Source of the DNA: an uncultured Acidobacteriota bacterium
Lineage (GTDB): Bacteria > Acidobacteriota > Blastocatellia > RBC074
Direction of reading: 5' to 3'
Length of the DNA: 64,000 nucleotides
Assembly: GCA_963699175.1 (NCBI GenBank)
Contig: OY969418.1
Span: forward strand, 1,666,791 to 1,730,790
Position 1 is the stretch's first letter. Every line of letters starts with the position of its first letter. The position numbers and the translations under genes were made by a program. Under the pieces are notes generated by a model. The model was not told the DNA's origin and searched no databases. It worked only from the letters and a program-made list of their open reading frames with translations. Below are positions 1 to 11,410 of this stretch, one piece after another.

Positions 1-749
1 AATTCGGGCACGACGCGGATGCCGCGCATGCGGGCGTATTCGATAATCTCGCGCATTTCCGCCTGCGTGTAGAAGTTGCCGTCCGAACCCATTTGATGCA
101 GCTTCGGATACTGCTTGCTCTCGATGCGGAAACCTTGATCTTCGGTGATGTGCAGGTGCAGTACGTTCAGCTTGACCGCCGCCATCCCGTCGAGGTTGCG
201 CTTGATCACCTCCATCGGCTGCCAATGTCGCCCGATGTCAATCAACAGGCCACGCCACGGAAAACGCGGCTTGTCCTGGATGCTGACCGCCGGGATGAAG
301 TAGCCGTCTCTATCGCCATTCAGCAATTGCAGGAAAGTCTCCAAACCGCGCAACGCGCCAACCACGGTCGGCGCATTGAGAGTGGCTTGTGCGCTGCTGA
401 CCTCCAGCGAGTAGCTCTCGTCTTCGTCCACTGCGGGGATTGTCTTGCCCGCATTCTGGCAGTTGATTACCAACGTCGCTTGTGTTGCGGCTTGCGCCAG
501 CCCGCGCTTGAAGGTCAAGCCGGTGCGCGCATCCAAGCGTCGCGCCATCCGCTCAATTCCCGCTTGCAAGCGCGCGTCGTTGTGGCCGCGCACGCCGACA
601 GCGAATTGTTCGGTGATGCCCAAGCGTCCTTCCCGAAATTGTAAGGAAGCGGGCACGGGCATCAGATTGTGTCGAGGTTTGGCGTCCTGCGCCCACACGG
701 CCAGTGGCATCAGCAGTAGCAGCACGAGCAAGCGTCGTTGATGATTCAT
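1..749 (-). CDS. beta-N-acetylhexosaminidase (GH20 family), C-terminus cut by window edge
   Basis: Minus-strand translation from ATG (complement of 747-749) gives MNHQRRLLVLLLLMPLAVWAQDAK... (signal peptide) followed by GH20 N-terminal/catalytic-start motifs (DKPRFPWRGLLIDIGRHW, NVLHLHITEDQGFR, EIIEYARMRGIRVVPE). It runs off the window so it is absent from the ORF track. Confidence 0.8.
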   Translation of the reverse strand, partial: MNHQRRLLVLLLLMPLAVWAQDAKPRHNLMPVPASLQFREGRLGITEQFAVGVRGHNDARLQAGIERMARRLDARTGLTFKRGLAQAATQATLVINCQNAGKTIPAVDEDESYSLEVSSAQATLNAPTVVGALRGLETFLQLLNGDRDGYFIPAVSIQDKPRFPWRGLLIDIGRHWQPMEVIKRNLDGMAAVKLNVLHLHITEDQGFRIESKQYPKLHQMGSDGNFYTQAEMREIIEYARMRGIRVVPE

Positions 750-828
750 AGGAGTCCTCTGTTTGTGATTGTTGGAAGCTGGTACAAAAACAGCAGGAGA
801 GTAACGGCTGAGGCTGACCACGTCAATC

Positions 829-1677
829 TTACGGCTGTGCCGGTGGCCCCAATTCTTCGGTGCGGTAGCCATCGGGATAGCTGCGATGTTTCAGGCCGCT
901 GCGCAACAACGGCTGCCCGCGTTCCGGCAAGAGGCGCACCAGGCGCGCGCGTGTACGCAAGGCGCCTTCGACCAAGCTGCGCATTGCGGCAGACGGTTTG
1001 GGAAAGCCGAACGCTTCGAGCAAGCGGTCATCCATCAACGCATAAACAAACGGCTCGCCCAACTTCCACAACGGCTTTGGCAACAACCAAGATAAAAACA
1101 GATTGCGCGTTGCTACGGCGGTGCGGTTTGCGGCGTCAGAATAGCGAAAGCGCGTCTGCTCGTATTCGATGTTGAATTGTTCGTAGGCTTCATAGCTGGT
1201 TGGGATGTCCTGGATGTTCATCCGCTGGCCCACTGCGCGCCAGAAATAGAACAAACCCAGCCGCTCTTGCTCGACCATACGACGCCAACCGAAGCGGTCA
1301 ATCCAACGCGGCGGCTCGAAGATAAAAGTCGAGAGCACGTAGCGGAAATCATCGTTGGCGATCTTGAAGCGTCCGTGAATGCTGTTCATGTGTTCGAGCG
1401 CCTTTCGCCCGCGCTCGCTGTCGTAGCCGTATTCGTAAATCTGGCTCAGGATCAGATCGGTATCGTCGTAACGCTTCTGCGCGCGCTTCAGAAACTCGCC
1501 CGTGCGGTCGAGCAGCGCGCCAATGCTGGGTACGGCGTAGGTACGAAAGAGCGCGAATTCGAGCGAGCGCACCATGTCGAACGGGAATTCGTAGGCGGCG
1601 CAGAGAAACATAATGCGCTGGTGATCGCGCTCAGGGTCGAGTTGAGTAATCTCGGCAAGGGCTTGGTGTTTTGGCAT
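829..1677 (-). CDS. MpaB/DUF2236-family (ER-bound oxygenase-like) protein
   Basis: 282-aa ORF. The N-terminus DPERDHQRIMFLCAAYEFPFDMVRSLEFALFRTYAVPSIGALLDRTGEF and overall length fit MpaB/DUF2236 oxygenase family proteins. Confidence 0.5.
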   Translation of the reverse strand: MPKHQALAEITQLDPERDHQRIMFLCAAYEFPFDMVRSLEFALFRTYAVPSIGALLDRTGEFLKRAQKRYDDTDLILSQIYEYGYDSERGRKALEHMNSIHGRFKIANDDFRYVLSTFIFEPPRWIDRFGWRRMVEQERLGLFYFWRAVGQRMNIQDIPTSYEAYEQFNIEYEQTRFRYSDAANRTAVATRNLFLSWLLPKPLWKLGEPFVYALMDDRLLEAFGFPKPSAAMRSLVEGALRTRARLVRLLPERGQPLLRSGLKHRSYPDGYRTEELGPPAQP

Positions 1678-2068
1678 AGTGATCGTCTGATTGAATGGGT
1701 ATTGATGACTACAGCAGCCATCGAGAGCTTCCGATCCCGTTTCGTTTGATCTCCAATCTCAAATTTGAAATTGATCGGCCAATCTATGTTACGCGCCCTG
1801 ACTGTCTGTCAGATTTACCGCTGCACGTCGCTCGATCAATAACCGATAATGAACGACAAACGCTAAATAACAAATCGCTCGCACGTCTGCTTGACCACTT
1901 CATGCCCCTTTGCTACTATCCCGCGCGATTCCGGGCATTCCAATTTTCCTATTCTTAAACTGAAGCAACTTCTGCGGATTCGTCCAAGCGCAAGGCGTAG
2001 TGTGCCGGTCTATCAACCGGCGCAAAGCGCTTGGCTGCTCCGCCTCAACCGAGGTCTGACATTCAGCA

Positions 2069-3267
2069 TGAAATGCGAAAAGTGTGCTGGCGTATTGCCA
2101 GACAATAAAATCATCTGTCCGCAATGCGGCTTCAATAACTGGCATCTGCGGCGTGGCGCGGCATTATCCTCAAGCGCGCCGCAGACAAAGGATAAACCGG
2201 AAACAGCGGTTAAACCGTCTGCGCCTATAGCGGCCAAAGTCCGCGCGCGCTACAAGCCGGAAGCCAAGCTGCTTCACTTTCCCGTCGTTGCTAAACCGGC
2301 TGAAGAGGCGGCGGCAGAAGAACCGCCCAATGAGCCAGCCTGGCGCGCCCAAACCAAGACTAAAGTGCGCGAACACATGGAACGCCGCAAAACCGCGGCG
2401 GAAGGGGGCGATGCATCAGCCGCCTCTGACGATCCAACCAGACAGTTGCTGGTCGAATCGGCACTGAAGCGGTTGCGCAAACCAGCCGCGCCGCCGCCCG
2501 TCATTTCCACACCCATCCGCAGCAGCGGCCAGTCACAAGCCTTGGCTCGCGCCTTGGATTATGACGAGGAGCCGCTCGCAGCCGAGCCGGTTATCCAGCC
2601 ACACAAGGAACTGCCTGCCGCGCCGCAACAGCAACCAAGCGCCCGTGCGCCTTTTGTCGAATCAGACATCATACAGATAGACACACCTGTTGGCCTTGCC
2701 ACGCCTGAAGTCGAGGAAGAAATCGCTGTGGCGGAATCAAGGCTTGCCGAAACAGAGCAGGCGACAGAGCCTTTGGACTACAGCACTGAATCGTTAGTCA
2801 ACCCGGCTGAATTGCGCGCAACCGAAGCCGCTAAGGTTAAGCCCTGGATCGGCAAGCCTGCCCCTGTCTGGCTACGCACGCTGGCCGGATCGGTTGACCT
2901 GGAAGCGGCGCTGCTGGCCTATCTGCCCTTCTTCGCGGCCTACACTTCGCTGGACGGGCCGCCGGAAGGCGCCGATCTCTACTTGATGGTGGCAATGCTA
3001 GCGGCGGTGATTTATCTCTATCAACTCATCACCTACAGCCTCAACGGACGCACCTTTGGCATGGCCATCTGCGGTTTGCGTTGCGTGGTGATGGAGGAAG
3101 CTAGCCAATCCATCAGCTTCAAACGCCGCTTGTGGCAAGCATTGGGTGGCATGGTGGCGCTGCTTTGCCCGCCACTCAATTTCTTCGTCACGCGTGTGAC
3201 CGAGCATCAACGTGGCTTAGCCGATGCGTTGGCTGGCACGATCACATTGCGCCGCGCTCAGGATTGA
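2069..3267 (+). CDS. RDD-family membrane protein with N-terminal zinc-ribbon
   Basis: Starts MKCEKCAG...CPQCG (zinc ribbon), then a long Pro/Ala/Glu-rich linker and a C-terminal RDD-like TM domain (LYLMVAMLAAVIYLYQLITYSLNGRTFGMAICGLR). The 2069 start follows a GAGG. The track ORF begins earlier at 1891. Confidence 0.6.
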
Positions 3268-3274
3268 GCCTGAA

Positions 3275-3360
3275 GTACAGTACGGGGAGCGGTAGCGATC
3301 TGGTGTTCCGTTTTGGACGCATTCGAAGTAACCAGGTCGATACCGCTCTCTGTACTGTAT
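3275..3360. repeat. palindromic intergenic element, family D copy 1
   Basis: Arms GTACAGTACGGGGAGCGGTAGCGATCTGGT / ACCAGGTCGATACCGCTCTCTGTACTGTAT form an imperfect inverted repeat. They are closely related to the element at 33738-33820. Confidence 0.7.
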
Positions 3361-3417
3361 CCGCTCTTCAGCCTGCCTTGACAGATTAGCTCAGCGAGTT
3401 GAATAGATAGACCCTGA

Positions 3418-5175
3418 ATGGACAATTTTCTGTTGCAGGCTATTACAAACGACCTTGCCACCACACTCACCGGGCTGCGGCTCGGCAAGGTCTATCAACT
3501 TGGCGCGACCGACCTCGTCTTGGATTTTCGGTTGCGCGATGGCCGTCAGCTCTTCATCTCAACCGATCCGCAACGGTTGGCGCTCTATCTGACTGCGCGC
3601 TCTGTGCGACAGCTTGAGCGTGAAGCGCGCGGCGATCGGGCCTTTCCGGCGCTAATCAAAAAATATCTGAGCGGCGCGCGACTAACGCAGATTGAAAAGC
3701 TCGGCTATGACCGCGTAGTGAACTTCGATTTTCAAGCAGAGAGTGAAACAGGCGAGTTGATCGAGCGACGCCTGGTCGTCTCACTCATTGGGCGCGGCGC
3801 GAATATTTTCTTGCTCGCAGGCACGCAAATCCTCGCGTCCTTGCGCACCGCTGCACAGGAAGACCCATCGCCCGCTGTCAGCTTTCAGGAGCCGCCGCCG
3901 CCAACCGACAAGCTCGACCCTTTCTTGCTCTCGATTGAGATGTTGGACAAGTTACTGGCAGAGAGCGGTAATGATTTGGCCAACGCTGCGCAAAAGCACC
4001 TACTCGGCTTCACCTCGCTCTACGCCCGCGAACTGGCCGCGCGCGCCGAGCAACAAAACGCGCACGCAGCTTTGCAGGGCCTGTTGCAAGAAATCTTCGC
4101 GTTGCCGCCGCAGCCTCTGATTTACACAGCAACCCCGCTTGATGAGTTGCAGCGTGAGCCTGGCAAGACAGATTTTTCGCTCACCCTCTCGCCCATACCG
4201 CTTGTTCATTTGACCGACCAAACTCCTATTGCTTTCCCGAACATCAATCAAGCGGCGGACGCCTATTTCAGCTTGCTCGACGAGCGGCGCAGCTTCACAG
4301 CCTTGCGCCAGCAGCTTCAATCACACTTGAACAGCCAACTCAAAAGGCAGCGCACGCTCAGGGATAATCTGCAACGCGAGCGCGAGAAGTACAGCCAGGG
4401 CGAGACCCATCAGCGTTATGGCGAACTGCTGCTGGCCAATCTGCAACAGGCAAGCAAGACCGCCACCGCCTTTCGTGTGACTGATTTTTATGACGCGGAC
4501 TTGTCGCAGATTGAAATCCCCGCCGCCGACAAAGCGACGGCGCAAGAGGCCGCTGAGCATTACTTCAAACTCGCGCGCAAAGCGCGGCACGGCTTGCAGA
4601 GCATCAACGAGCGGCTGCCTCTGGTTGAAGCCAGCTTGGCCACGCTGGAAGATCAGCTCGCGCAGCTCGCGCACATCACACGCCGTCCTGAGCTTGAAGC
4701 GCTGGCCGCGCGCTGCGGCTTGCGCCCGGCGCCAGTCGCGACCGATAGCCAGGCCGTGCGCAGCAAGCCTACAAAGCCAAAAGCCAAGGAAGAAAAAATC
4801 TCCGGCGTGCGGCGTTATCGTTCGAGCGACGGCTACGAAATCCTAGTGGGCCGCACCGACCGCGACAACGACGTGCTGACTTTCCGCGTGGCGAAATCGA
4901 ATGACCTTTGGTTTCACGCGGCGGATTACCCAGGCTCGCACGTCGTGCTGCGTAATCCGCAACGCCGGCCTGTGCCGCCGCGCGCTATCACCGAAGCCGC
5001 GCAACTGGCGGCGCAATTCAGCCACGCGCGCCACGATGCCCGCGTAGCCGTCAATTATTGTGAACGGAAATTCGTGTCGAAACAGAAAGGCTTTGCGCCA
5101 GGACAGGTGCGGCTCTCTTCTTTCAAAACCATTTTGGTCGAGCCGCAAGAGGCGGGGGAAAGAGTGTTGAGTTGA
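3418..5175 (+). CDS. rqcH: ribosome quality control protein RqcH (NFACT / FbpA family)
   Basis: 585 aa. N-terminal NFACT-N (MDNFLLQAITNDL...GKVYQL), central coiled-coil, and C-terminal NFACT-R/DUF814 (YRSSDGYEILVGRTDRDNDVLTFRVAKSNDLWFHAADYPGSHVVL). Confidence 0.75.
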   Translation: MDNFLLQAITNDLATTLTGLRLGKVYQLGATDLVLDFRLRDGRQLFISTDPQRLALYLTARSVRQLEREARGDRAFPALIKKYLSGARLTQIEKLGYDRVVNFDFQAESETGELIERRLVVSLIGRGANIFLLAGTQILASLRTAAQEDPSPAVSFQEPPPPTDKLDPFLLSIEMLDKLLAESGNDLANAAQKHLLGFTSLYARELAARAEQQNAHAALQGLLQEIFALPPQPLIYTATPLDELQREPGKTDFSLTLSPIPLVHLTDQTPIAFPNINQAADAYFSLLDERRSFTALRQQLQSHLNSQLKRQRTLRDNLQREREKYSQGETHQRYGELLLANLQQASKTATAFRVTDFYDADLSQIEIPAADKATAQEAAEHYFKLARKARHGLQSINERLPLVEASLATLEDQLAQLAHITRRPELEALAARCGLRPAPVATDSQAVRSKPTKPKAKEEKISGVRRYRSSDGYEILVGRTDRDNDVLTFRVAKSNDLWFHAADYPGSHVVLRNPQRRPVPPRAITEAAQLAAQFSHARHDARVAVNYCERKFVSKQKGFAPGQVRLSSFKTILVEPQEAGERVLS

Positions 5176-5180
5176 AGTTG

Positions 5181-5284
5181 ATGTACCGTGGACTGTCCAG
5201 TCTGCGGAGGATTCGGCGTCTTGCCTTCGGTTCCAGCGGGTAAACGACGGAGACCACCGCAGACTGGACAGTCTACGGTACATT
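5181..5284. repeat. palindromic intergenic element, family A copy 1; probable rqcH terminator
   Basis: 27-bp arms ATGTACCGTGGACTGTCCAGTCTGCGG / CCGCAGACTGGACAGTCTACGGTACAT with 1 mismatch. A TTTTT run follows on the plus strand. A second copy lies at 26568-26667. Confidence 0.75.
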
Positions 5285-5297
5285 TTTCGTTGCAGTA

Positions 5298-6644
<1,347 letters not shown>

Positions 6645-6650
6645 TCATTT

Positions 6651-6741
6651 AACCACGGGGACACGGGGACAGACATTGGGATAAAGACGGTCACTTTCTT
6701 TCCAAATGGTTCTTCCCCGTGTCCCCGTGCTCCCCGTGGTT
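6651..6741. repeat. imperfect hairpin built from CACGGGGA octamer repeats (trxB-purA intercistronic)
   Basis: AACCACGGGGACACGGGGACAG ... CTTCCCCGTGTCCCCGTGCTCCCCGTGGTT. It lies between the trxB stop and the purA start on the same strand. Confidence 0.6.
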
Positions 6742-6767
6742 GGCTTCTCGCTTAATACCGGTTAAGT

Positions 6768-7721
6768 CTATTTTTGTTTCAGACTATCGAGATACTTCTC
6801 GACCGAGACGGCAGCTTGCACGCCGTCCGCTACGACGTTGGCCAATTGGTAGATCGGCCGCACACACAAATCGCCTGCCGCAAACAAACCCGGCACGCCT
6901 GTTTCCATCAGTTCGTTGACGTGCACGCGGCCCTGGTCGTCGAGGTTGACCATATCCTTGACTAAATCCGAATTGGGCAACCAGCCGATGAAAACGAAGA
7001 CCGCATTGACCGGGAACTCCTCTGTCTTATCGGTCTCCACATTGCGCACGCGGATGCCCGTGACTTCTTTTTGCGTGCCGTTGGTCTTGCCGTAAATTTC
7101 TTCGACGACTGAATGCCAGACGGGTTGAACGTTGGGCGCGTGCAGGTACTCTTCGATCAAAATCTTCTGCGCAGTAAATTGGTCGCGGCGATGGATGGAT
7201 TTGATGCCGGAGGCATAACGCGTCAGGAAGAAGCCTTCTTCGACCGCTGAATTGCCGCCGCCAACGACGGCGACCGGTTGGCCTCTGAAAAACGCACCGT
7301 CGCAGGTCGCGCAGACGCTCACGCCGTAGCCGAAGTAGTCCTGATAGCCCGGCACTTCCAGCGGGCGCGGGTGGCGGCCCATCGCCGCAATCACCGTCTT
7401 CGCTGTGACCGACGAGCCGTCGCCCAGGCCAATCGTGAACGTGTTATCTTCGTTGCGTGTCAGTTTTTCCGCGCCCACGCCGATGCGCACTTCCGCGCCG
7501 AAGCGTTGCGCGTGTTTCAAAAAAGCCTGCGCAAAATCGTAGCCGGTAATGCCATCCGCAAAGCCCGGATAGTTATCAATTGCCGCCGAGAAGACGATCT
7601 GCCCGCCGGGCACGCTCTTCTCCAACACCAGCGTCTTCAGCAACGATCGCCCAGTATAAACGGCGGCGGCCAACCCTGTTGGCCCACCGCCGATAATCAC
7701 TACATCGTAATCTGTGGTCAT
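6768..7721 (-). CDS. trxB: thioredoxin-disulfide reductase
   Basis: [22 protein letters not shown]... with the CATCDG redox-active motif and a second NAD(P)-binding GGGNSAVEE. Confidence 0.95.
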   Translation of the reverse strand: MTTDYDVVIIGGGPTGLAAAVYTGRSLLKTLVLEKSVPGGQIVFSAAIDNYPGFADGITGYDFAQAFLKHAQRFGAEVRIGVGAEKLTRNEDNTFTIGLGDGSSVTAKTVIAAMGRHPRPLEVPGYQDYFGYGVSVCATCDGAFFRGQPVAVVGGGNSAVEEGFFLTRYASGIKSIHRRDQFTAQKILIEEYLHAPNVQPVWHSVVEEIYGKTNGTQKEVTGIRVRNVETDKTEEFPVNAVFVFIGWLPNSDLVKDMVNLDDQGRVHVNELMETGVPGLFAAGDLCVRPIYQLANVVADGVQAAVSVEKYLDSLKQK

Positions 7722-7728
7722 AAAACCT

Positions 7729-7817
7729 AGTTGGCAGTTGGTAGTTGACAGTTGTTAGTTGGCAGCGATGTGCAGCAACACTTCTACTGCCAACCGCCAA
7801 CTACCAACTGCCAACTG
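7729..7817. repeat. hairpin with tandem-heptamer arms (trxA-trxB intercistronic)
   Basis: Arm 1 is GTTGGCA GTTGGTA GTTGACA GTTGTTA GTTGGCAG (5 tandem GTTGNNA heptamers). Arm 2 is CTGCCAAC CGCCAAC TACCAAC TGCCAAC, which pairs with arm 1. Confidence 0.7.
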
Positions 7818-7820
7818 AAA

Positions 7821-8177
7821 TTACAGTTGCCGATCAATCATTTGCGCCAATTCCACGCTCGCATCGCTAGGGATGCCGACGCGGCGTTCGACCTCTTGGC
7901 CTTTGTTGAAAAGAATCAGCGTCGGGATGCCGCGAATGCCGTACTTGGCTGGATTTTCCAGGTTGTCATCCACGTTCATCTTGAGCACCTTGGCTTTGCC
8001 CTGAAACTTCTTGGCCACTTGTTCGACAGTCGGCGCAAGCATCCGGCAGGGCGCGCACCAGGGTGCCCAGAAATCCACCAGCACCGGCTGGTCGGACTGC
8101 AAGACTTCTTGTTCCCATTCCGTATCGTTCACTTCAGCCACAAAATCATTCATTGTCTTCTCTTGTAAATCCGCCAT
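7821..8177 (-). CDS. trxA: thioredoxin
   Basis: The WAPWCAPCRM active site and ~110 aa length fit thioredoxin. Alternative start MNDFVAEV at 8153. The 5' end carries a 24/27-bp tandem duplication. Confidence 0.9.
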   Translation of the reverse strand: MADLQEKTMNDFVAEVNDTEWEQEVLQSDQPVLVDFWAPWCAPCRMLAPTVEQVAKKFQGKAKVLKMNVDDNLENPAKYGIRGIPTLILFNKGQEVERRVGIPSDASVELAQMIDRQL

Positions 8178-8339
8178 TGTCTTCTCCTCTTGTAAATCCG
8201 CTGTCGCGGAAATTGTTTACCTCCCGCTCGGTCAGGCTACGACGCCAGACAAGCGGGAGGGATTATAGCAAACGACTGTCTAGATTGGCACACCTTCCCG
8301 GATGAAGTAAAACCCATTTTTGCCCACTATGTTGTATGC

Positions 8340-9806
8340 CTAGCGTCCACTCGCCACAATCCGTTCGTAAGCGTCCAGGTAGTCGTGCGCCGTGTGCTCC
8401 CACGAATGATCGGCGCGCATCCCGTTAAGCTGAAGGCGCTGCCACGTCTCGCGGTCGTAGTAATTGAGCAACGCCTCGTAATATCTCTCCAACAACCGCT
8501 CTGCTGAATAGGCGTAAAACTTGAAGCCGTTGCCGCGCCCTGTCGTGCGCTCGAAGTTGTGGATCGTATCGTCAAGTCCGCCCACGCCACGCACCAGCGG
8601 CACCGTGCCATATTTCAAACTGTACATCTGATTCAAGCCACACGGCTCATAGGCCGATGGCATTAGGAACATATCGGCGCCTGCTTCGATCAAATGCGAC
8701 AGTTCCGTGCTGAAGCCGAAGTAGACGCCAACCTGTTGCGGGCGCGCGTCACGCACTTGTTGAAAGAAGCCCTCGTAGTGCGAATCGCCTGAGCCTAGCA
8801 GTACGAAGTACGCGTTCGAATCCAAGATGCGCCCCACCGCCTCGGCCATCAAGTCAACGCCCTTCTGCACCGTCAAGCGCGAGACAACGCCGACGATAGG
8901 TCGCTCCAAATCCACTGGCAAGCTGTAACGTTCCAGCAAGCGCCGCTTACATTCGAGCTTGCCGGACAGGTCGTTGATCGAATAATGCGCGGACAAATGA
9001 TGATCGGTCTCCGGGTTCCACTCGCCATAATCCACGCCGTTCAAGATGCCAAGCAAGTCGCCCCGCCGCCAACGCAGCAGCCCGTCAAGCTGATTGCCGA
9101 ACTCCGGCGTTTGAATCTCCTGCGCGTATTTGCGGCTGACGGTCGAGAGCGCCGTGGAAAAATACAAACCACCCTTGAGCGCGTTGGCCGCTTTATGAAA
9201 CTCCATTCCGTGCTGAAAGACATCCCAACCCAGCCCAAACTTCGGCAATAGCTTCGGATCGAACAAGCCTTGATAAGCCAGATTGTGAATCGTGAAGAGC
9301 GTCTTGGTTTGCTGGTAGTAGGGATCACCGGCAAAGGTCGTTACCAGGTGCGCCGGGATAAAACCCGTCTGCCAATCGTTGCAGTGAATGATGTCGGGCG
9401 GTGGGCCAATGCGCTTGGCTAACTCCAAGACGGCGCGACTGAAGAACGCAAAGCGTTCGACATCCCAATCGCCCGAACCGTAGATGTAACCCTGGCCGAA
9501 GTATTCCGGGTTGTCTATGAAATAAACGGGCGCACTATCATCAATGCCAGCGGGCCAATCGCGCCACACGCGCGCGCTTTTCAGCGTCCCATCAAAAGGC
9601 ACTTGCAAGTCATCGAACAAGAGTTCGCCCGTCTCTTCTCTGACTACATCGCCTTGCCGTTTGCCCGGGCCGGTGTAACGCGGCGTGACGACGTTTGCGT
9701 CACAACCACTGCGTTTGAGCGCCTTGGGCAATGCGCCTGCCACATCAGCCAAACCACCAGTCTTCGAGTATGGCACGACTTCGGACGAAGCGAGGATGAC
9801 GCGCAT
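8340..9806 (-). CDS. glgA: glycogen synthase (ADP-glucose type)
   Basis: [30 protein letters not shown] matches the canonical GlgA N-terminus. 488 aa. Confidence 0.9.
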   Translation of the reverse strand: MRVILASSEVVPYSKTGGLADVAGALPKALKRSGCDANVVTPRYTGPGKRQGDVVREETGELLFDDLQVPFDGTLKSARVWRDWPAGIDDSAPVYFIDNPEYFGQGYIYGSGDWDVERFAFFSRAVLELAKRIGPPPDIIHCNDWQTGFIPAHLVTTFAGDPYYQQTKTLFTIHNLAYQGLFDPKLLPKFGLGWDVFQHGMEFHKAANALKGGLYFSTALSTVSRKYAQEIQTPEFGNQLDGLLRWRRGDLLGILNGVDYGEWNPETDHHLSAHYSINDLSGKLECKRRLLERYSLPVDLERPIVGVVSRLTVQKGVDLMAEAVGRILDSNAYFVLLGSGDSHYEGFFQQVRDARPQQVGVYFGFSTELSHLIEAGADMFLMPSAYEPCGLNQMYSLKYGTVPLVRGVGGLDDTIHNFERTTGRGNGFKFYAYSAERLLERYYEALLNYYDRETWQRLQLNGMRADHSWEHTAHDYLDAYERIVASGR

Positions 9807-9985
9807 AGCGGTTGGTTGGGTGATGAGCCTTTCAGTTCGAGATCGGTTGTGCCAATGAATGGCGGATAGTAAGTGTGCGCTTGAAAAGTTGTCAAGCTAC
9901 TCTGACAATGTGCCGCCCCTGCGCTGAATGGCCCAGTCTCGTGCTGTTGGCTGATATGATGACGCTCGCTTGAAGGAGGCAAAAG

Positions 9986-10801
9986 ATGCAATGGCGAAAG
10001 TCAATCTCGCTAAGCCGGATAAGTTTGGCCGCGTTTTCTGTCTGCACTTTGCTACTCACACTGATGGCAGAGGCAGCGCAACCGCTCAGTTATGTTTGCT
10101 ATCGCGCTAGCGGCAAGATTCGGATTGATGGCCAACTCAACGAGGCCGCCTGGCGGGCTGCGCCGTGGACAACAGCATTCGTAGACATCGAAGGCGACGC
10201 CAAGCCGCGCCCACGTTTTTTGACGCGCGCGAAAATGCTCTGGGATGAGCAATATTTCTACATCGCCGCCGACATGGAAGAGCCGCACGTTTGGGGAACG
10301 CTGACCCAACGCGATTCGGTGATTTTTCATGACAATGATTTCGAGGTTTTCATTGATCCTGACGGCGACACCCGCGAGTACTACGAATTTGAAATCAACG
10401 CCTTGAATACGGGCTGGGATCTGTTTTTGCCGCGCAAGTACAAGGAGGGCGGCAAGGCCGACAACAGTTGGGACATCGTCGGCTTGCAAACCGCCGTGCG
10501 CGTCGCGGGCACGCTCAACAATCCGAACGATCAAGACAAGGGCTGGTCAGTCGAGTTGGCGCTGCCGTGGACAGCCTTGGCCCAATATGCTCATCAACCG
10601 ACGCCGCCGCGCAACGGCGACCGTTGGCGCGTGAACTTCTCGCGCGTCGAATGGCAGCACGAAGTAGTCGAGGGCCAATACCGCAAGAAAGCCGGATTGC
10701 GCGAAGACAACTGGGTCTGGTCGCCGCAAGGCGTGATTGATATGCACCAGCCGGACAAGTGGGGCTACGTGCAATTCTCCACTGAGAAAAGAAAGCAATG
10801 A
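9986..10801 (+). CDS. secreted carbohydrate-binding family 9 (CBM9/DOMON-like) protein
   Basis: Signal peptide, then IDGQLNEAAWRAAPWTTAFVDIEG...WDEQYFYIAADMEEPHVWG...HDNDFEVFIDPDGDTREYYEFEINALNTGWD. This is the typical CBM9-like pattern. Confidence 0.55.
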   Translation: MQWRKSISLSRISLAAFSVCTLLLTLMAEAAQPLSYVCYRASGKIRIDGQLNEAAWRAAPWTTAFVDIEGDAKPRPRFLTRAKMLWDEQYFYIAADMEEPHVWGTLTQRDSVIFHDNDFEVFIDPDGDTREYYEFEINALNTGWDLFLPRKYKEGGKADNSWDIVGLQTAVRVAGTLNNPNDQDKGWSVELALPWTALAQYAHQPTPPRNGDRWRVNFSRVEWQHEVVEGQYRKKAGLREDNWVWSPQGVIDMHQPDKWGYVQFSTEKRKQ

Positions 10802-11410
10802 ATCTTTTGTTCCCTGCCGCTGCCCTTCAGAGGCTTTTCTGCTCTCCTCATTCTCCCAACTCAGTCACTGCCTGACTACGCACGTCATAGGTCGAAATTA
10901 GGTAGTGATAAAAATCTAAGGCTCAGACGCTTTTGCCGCGTAGCGGCAATTGAATTTAGCCGTGGGTTGCAACCCACGGTAGTTACAAGCAGCAAGTTCC
11001 GCATCGCGTCAGCGATGCCTGATTCAAGCGTCGCTAACGCGACGCGGGAATTTTGACGCTCTTCCCCGGCGTTGAAAACGCCGGGCTAAACTCAGGTCGC
11101 CGCTACGCGGCTGCAAACCACCGCCTTACATTTTTAGCGCTACCCGAAATTATTCGCTGGGTTGAGCCGATTTCGCGCTCGAATCCGCATGGGTACGTGG
11201 GCAATGAGCCAGGCGGCTCGCCCCTGACCTGTAGCGAGGCTAGCAGTGCTAAGGCCGCTCGGATCAGTGTGCCTGTGCGCTGCCTGGCTCGCGGCGAGAA
11301 GGCGTGGATTCAACCTGTCTGAGCAGGCAGACAGACAAACATTGAATTTGGATGACGCTGATCGAGTGATCACGAAGTCCATACAAGGAGATCGAAATTG
11401 GAGGAAGGCT

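Noticed and set aside
93-1175. Plus-strand ORFs 93..644, 445..741, 738..1175, 886..1095
   Set aside because: They are antisense to the GH20 hexosaminidase and MpaB-like genes, whose translations show clear family motifs.
10930-11112. Possible CRISPR array suggested by repeated short palindromes
   Set aside because: The hairpins differ in sequence and spacing. There is no constant repeat unit with regular spacers and no cas genes in the window.
11160-11200. tRNA-like GCTCGAATCC motif
   Set aside because: No T-stem complementarity and no acceptor or anticodon arms around it.
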